Assembly (NCBI GenBank): GCA_965112735.1
Contig: OZ218950.1
Location: 1,736,001 to 1,800,000 of the forward strand
DNA from: Phaeosaccion multiseriatum
Lineage: Eukaryota; Protista; Ochrophyta, other classes
DNA length: 64,000 nucleotides
Reading direction: 5' to 3'
Part shown: piece after piece, positions 60,649-64,000 of the stretch
How the letters are laid out: each line of letters opens with the position of its first letter
Numbering within the stretch: position 1 is the stretch's first letter
Position numbers and translations under genes: made by a program
Notes under the pieces: generated by a model
The model's input: only the letters and a program-made list of their open reading frames with translations
What the model was told of the DNA's origin: nothing
The model's database searches: none

Positions 60649-62392
60649 TCATGGTCCGTTCTTGACCAGAGGCAGCCGCTCTCCCCCTCCTGTACCTCTC
60701 CCTCCCCCTCGACATCGTCCGATTGCCACCCCCGCGAGTAGTCCGACACCCAAGGACATCAAGATGGCAACCAACGGTGGAGAGGCCGCGGTAGCCTCCG
60801 CCTCCTTCTCGGGAAGCATCCATTCATCGCTGCATCCCTCATACTTCTCTCCCTCCCTCTCCCTCCCCCTCTTCCCCTCCCCCTCTCCCTCTCCCTCTCC
60901 CTCTCCCTCTCCCTCTCCCTCTCCCTCTCCCTCTCCCTCTCCCTCTCCCTCTCCCTCCCCCTCCCCACTGAGCCGCAGTCCTAGGTCTTGTCCAAGTCTC
61001 CATGGTGTCCCTTGCCTTAGCACGGCAGGCAGAGGCAGTTTGTGCCAGTCGTTCTGATTGAGGCCGCGGTTGAAGGACAGTTGCTCAGCGGCAGAGCTCA
61101 CAGGCGTGTCCATCACACCATACATGCCTCCCGTTTTCTCGCCTGTGTGTTAGATTTTGGTCTGTTAGATTACGTGTGTGCTCGTCTTTCTTCAATCCAT
61201 TGCCAAACACACGAGGGGACCAAAAGACAGACTCGCACGCACACACGCGCACTCACGCGCACACGCGCACTCACGCACACACGCCCTCACGCACACACGC
61301 CCTCACGCACACACGCCCTCACGCACACACACACACACAAGACAAAAACCAGAAAAGAGTCAGCACACTTACACAAAGAGAAAACACACGCAGAGATCCA
61401 ACCCCCGCCGCACGCACGCACGCACACACACCCCCATCACTTACCTTGCCTCACTTGACGCTCCTCTTCCCACGTGGGAATGGCGAACACACAAGACGAC
61501 TCAATGAGGTTCATGTTGTCGCCCCTGATGACCTTGAAGAAGCCCAAGTCTCCCCAGTAGGTGCCCCAGCTGTTGCGACACTGCCAAAACTTGACACCGT
61601 CGTCCGTCACGCCCCAGCCTGTGATCTCCACGTCATGGTCGATGTCGGCCAGACTGGAGAGGGGGGGGAGGGAGAATGGCAGTGGATGGCACAGGGTGGC
61701 AGGGAGGGAGGAGGCATCATCAGAGCAGAGTGTTGCTACCTCACTCACTTCACTGACTGAATGACGTGCAAGCGTACATACGTAGGTACGTATGTACGAC
61801 GTATGGAAGATCTTACGTGAGGTTTCTTGTGGGGTCGGGTCCATTTGGAACGGCAGGCGTTGTCCACACACCCCCTGTGTAATTGTATGCAAAGTTCATG
61901 TCCTATCATCGGTACCGGAAGGAGATGGAGGGAGTGGAGGGAACAAGGGAGGGAGGGAGGGAGGGAGGGAGGGAGAGAGAAAGGGCACGGTGGGATTCAC
62001 AGAATAGGTACAGAATGAACAAAAAGAGACATGCAGAGAGACAAGGAAGGAAGGAAGAAAAGAAGGGAGGAAGGAAGGAAGGAAGGAAGGAAGGAAGGAA
62101 GGAAGGAAGGAAGTAATGAAGGAAGAAAAGAAGGGAGGAAGGAAGGAAGGAAGGAAGGAAGGAAGGAAGGAAGGAAGGAAGGAAGGAAGGAAGGAAGGAA
62201 GGAAGGAAGGAAGGAAGGAAGGAAGGAAGGAAGGAAGGAAGGAAGGAAGGAAGGAAGGAAGGAAGGAAGGCAGGAAGGAAGGCAGGCAAGGAGGAAGGAA
62301 GGGAGGCAGGAAGGAAGGAAGGAAGGAAGGAAGGAAGGAAGGAAGGAAGGAAGGAAGGAAGGAAGGGAGGAAGGAAGGAAGGAAGGAAGGAA

Positions 62393-62473
<81 letters not shown>

Positions 62474-63181
62474 GAAGGAAGGAAGGAAGGAAGGAAGGAA
62501 GGAAGGAAGGAAGGAAGGAAGGAAGGAAGGAAGGAAGGAAGGAAGGAAGGAAGGGAGACAAAGACGAAGGAGTAGGAGAACAGAAGAAGGGAAAAAGAGA
62601 GAATAGAGTGGAACAGGTCCCCTCCCGGACTCGTATTACTCCACCACCACCCGCTAGCAGCGATTCATTACCGTCACAGTTCCGCAGGTGATCGGTCCGC
62701 GAGTGAACACTGCAGAGGCAGATGGGATGGCAGTGGACACGAAGGAAAAGAATCAACAGCCAGTAAGTCAGAGAGTCAGGGAATGGTTGAGTCCTCACAC
62801 AAAGCAGAGCAGAAACCCCTCTATGGTCGGGCAATGATTGTCAGCTATCGCTGTACTCGCTCTCTCCCTCTCTCCCTTCTTCCCTTGCTCGTTCTCTTCT
62901 TCCCTCCATCCCTCCCGCCCTCCCGCCCTCCCTCCCTCCATCCATCCATCCATCCATCCATCCATCCATCCATCCATTCCTTCCTCCCTCCATCCCTCCC
63001 TGCCGCCCTCTCCCTGCCCACTCCCTCCTCTCCGCCTCTCCCCCTCCACCCTCCCTTCCGCCCGCCCACTTCCCTCCCTCTCACCCACCCACCCACCTTC
63101 ACTCATTATCTGCTGCTCTCCGGAGAGGGCACCATACGTCTCCACGAAGTACTTGGTGTAATGTTTCACCGGAAAGCACAC
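60649..63181 (-). CDS. Cathepsin X/Z-like papain (C1A) protease, 3' portion, with C-terminal TM helix; exons ~63181-63097, 62709-62672, 61902-61816, ~61653-61445, 61142-60649 (5' exons not found in window)
   Basis: YGALSGEQQIMSE|VFTRGPITCG, NYTGGVW, catalytic His in IDHDVEITGWG and catalytic Asn in CRNSWGTYWGDLGFFKVIRG, IESSCVFAIP. Confidence 0.88.
62045..62555. repeat. (GGAA)n/(GAAA)n intronic microsatellite
   Basis: Read directly. Confidence 0.95.
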
Positions 63182-63261
63182 CTTCGTGGGAGAGAGAGAG
63201 GGAGGGAGGGAGGGAGGGAGGGAGGGAGGGAGGGAGGGAGGGAGGGAGGGAGGGAGGGAGG

Positions 63262-63642
63262 GAGTGTGGAAAGTCAGTCGTATGTCAGTGGCCCAGGCCT
63301 AGGCAACGCAGTGAGAAACGGTGCCCGTTTCTCACTATCCTCCTGTAGGTGGTCGTTTAGGACAGTGCATAGATAAGCTAATAGATACAAGGCCGGCTGT
63401 CAGGCTAGCTTTGGGGTGCTGCTACCTTATCTGTGTGTCTAGTCCGTTTCGTGGAGGTCTAAGCACGACTTTCCACAACCCCAAAGCCAGCCTGGCAGCC
63501 AGCCTTGTCTCTATTAGCTTTATCCGTGAGCCATCCTAAACGACCAACCTGCTGGGAGGTGAGTGAGAAACGGGCCACGCACCGTTTCTCACCGTATTTG
63601 CCTGGGCCTGGGCCATTGACATAATACTGACTTTCAACATCC
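63262..63642. mobile_element. Putative fold-back/MITE-like element (imperfect ~150-bp arms, ~60-bp spacer) in the cathepsin intron
   Basis: GAAAGTCAGTCGTATGTCAGTGGCCCAGGCCTAGGCAA...GCTTTGGGGT (63269-63417) mirrors ACCCCAAAGC...TTGCCTGGGCCTGGGCCATTGACATAATACTGACTTTC (63477-63635). No clear TSD. Confidence 0.55.
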
Positions 63643-64000
63643 CCGTCAGCCATCCCTGCACTTCTAACATCCCCCTGAACTAAACTATTGCGTGTCCCCA
63701 CGCAACTCAAAGCGGGTTCGCCTACTAAAGCTCGACTTGTAGCAAAAGCCTCCATGTTGCTTCCAATAAAAACGGATGAGAAATATGCAAAACTCACCCA
63801 GGTGTGTGCGACCGCTCCTCCAACACACACCCTCCTGTATTGGTGAGAAAACCCCACGACTCAAACTCACCCACACAGGCTCACGGATGAGAACATCCCA
63901 TGACTCAAACTCACCCGCGCAATTCTCTATCTCCACTCCTACTCGCCACCAGCGTTGCCAAAGCCTCGTTGCGCACCACTAATGCTGACTGCTCAAGTGT

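Overview
Eukaryotic, GC-rich, intron-containing nuclear DNA with very dense microsatellites: (GGA)n in exons; (CACT)n, (CCCT)n, (GGAA)n, (GTGTG)n and (CA)n in introns. The organism is probably an ochrophyte/stramenopile alga (inferred from a signal-peptide+AAAF leader and an 'LRG..RxLQ' propeptide). Most six-frame ORFs are microsatellite artefacts. Spliced genes reconstructed by hand: a low-complexity nuclear-type protein, a myristoylated CaMK-like kinase, a secreted Gly/Ala-rich protein with microexons, a poly-Gly protein, mitochondrial uL23, RRP40 (with a GC-AG intron), a Rab/Ras-like GTPase fused to an SH2 domain, an EamA/DMT transporter, an SPX-SLC13 (Pho87-like) phosphate transporter, an EF-hand/coiled-coil protein, HPRT, an F-box/kelch protein, an IQ/coiled-coil protein, a PPR protein with a fresh 105-bp repeat expansion, an ankyrin remnant, and the 3' half of a membrane-anchored cathepsin X/Z-like protease. 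The most striking region is 36.8-40.0 kb, a chain of at least six fold-back palindromes built from a broken gene. That gene appears to encode a uracil-DNA-glycosylase-fold domain followed by ~33-aa helical repeats. All family assignments are by eye from motifs; no database searches were run.
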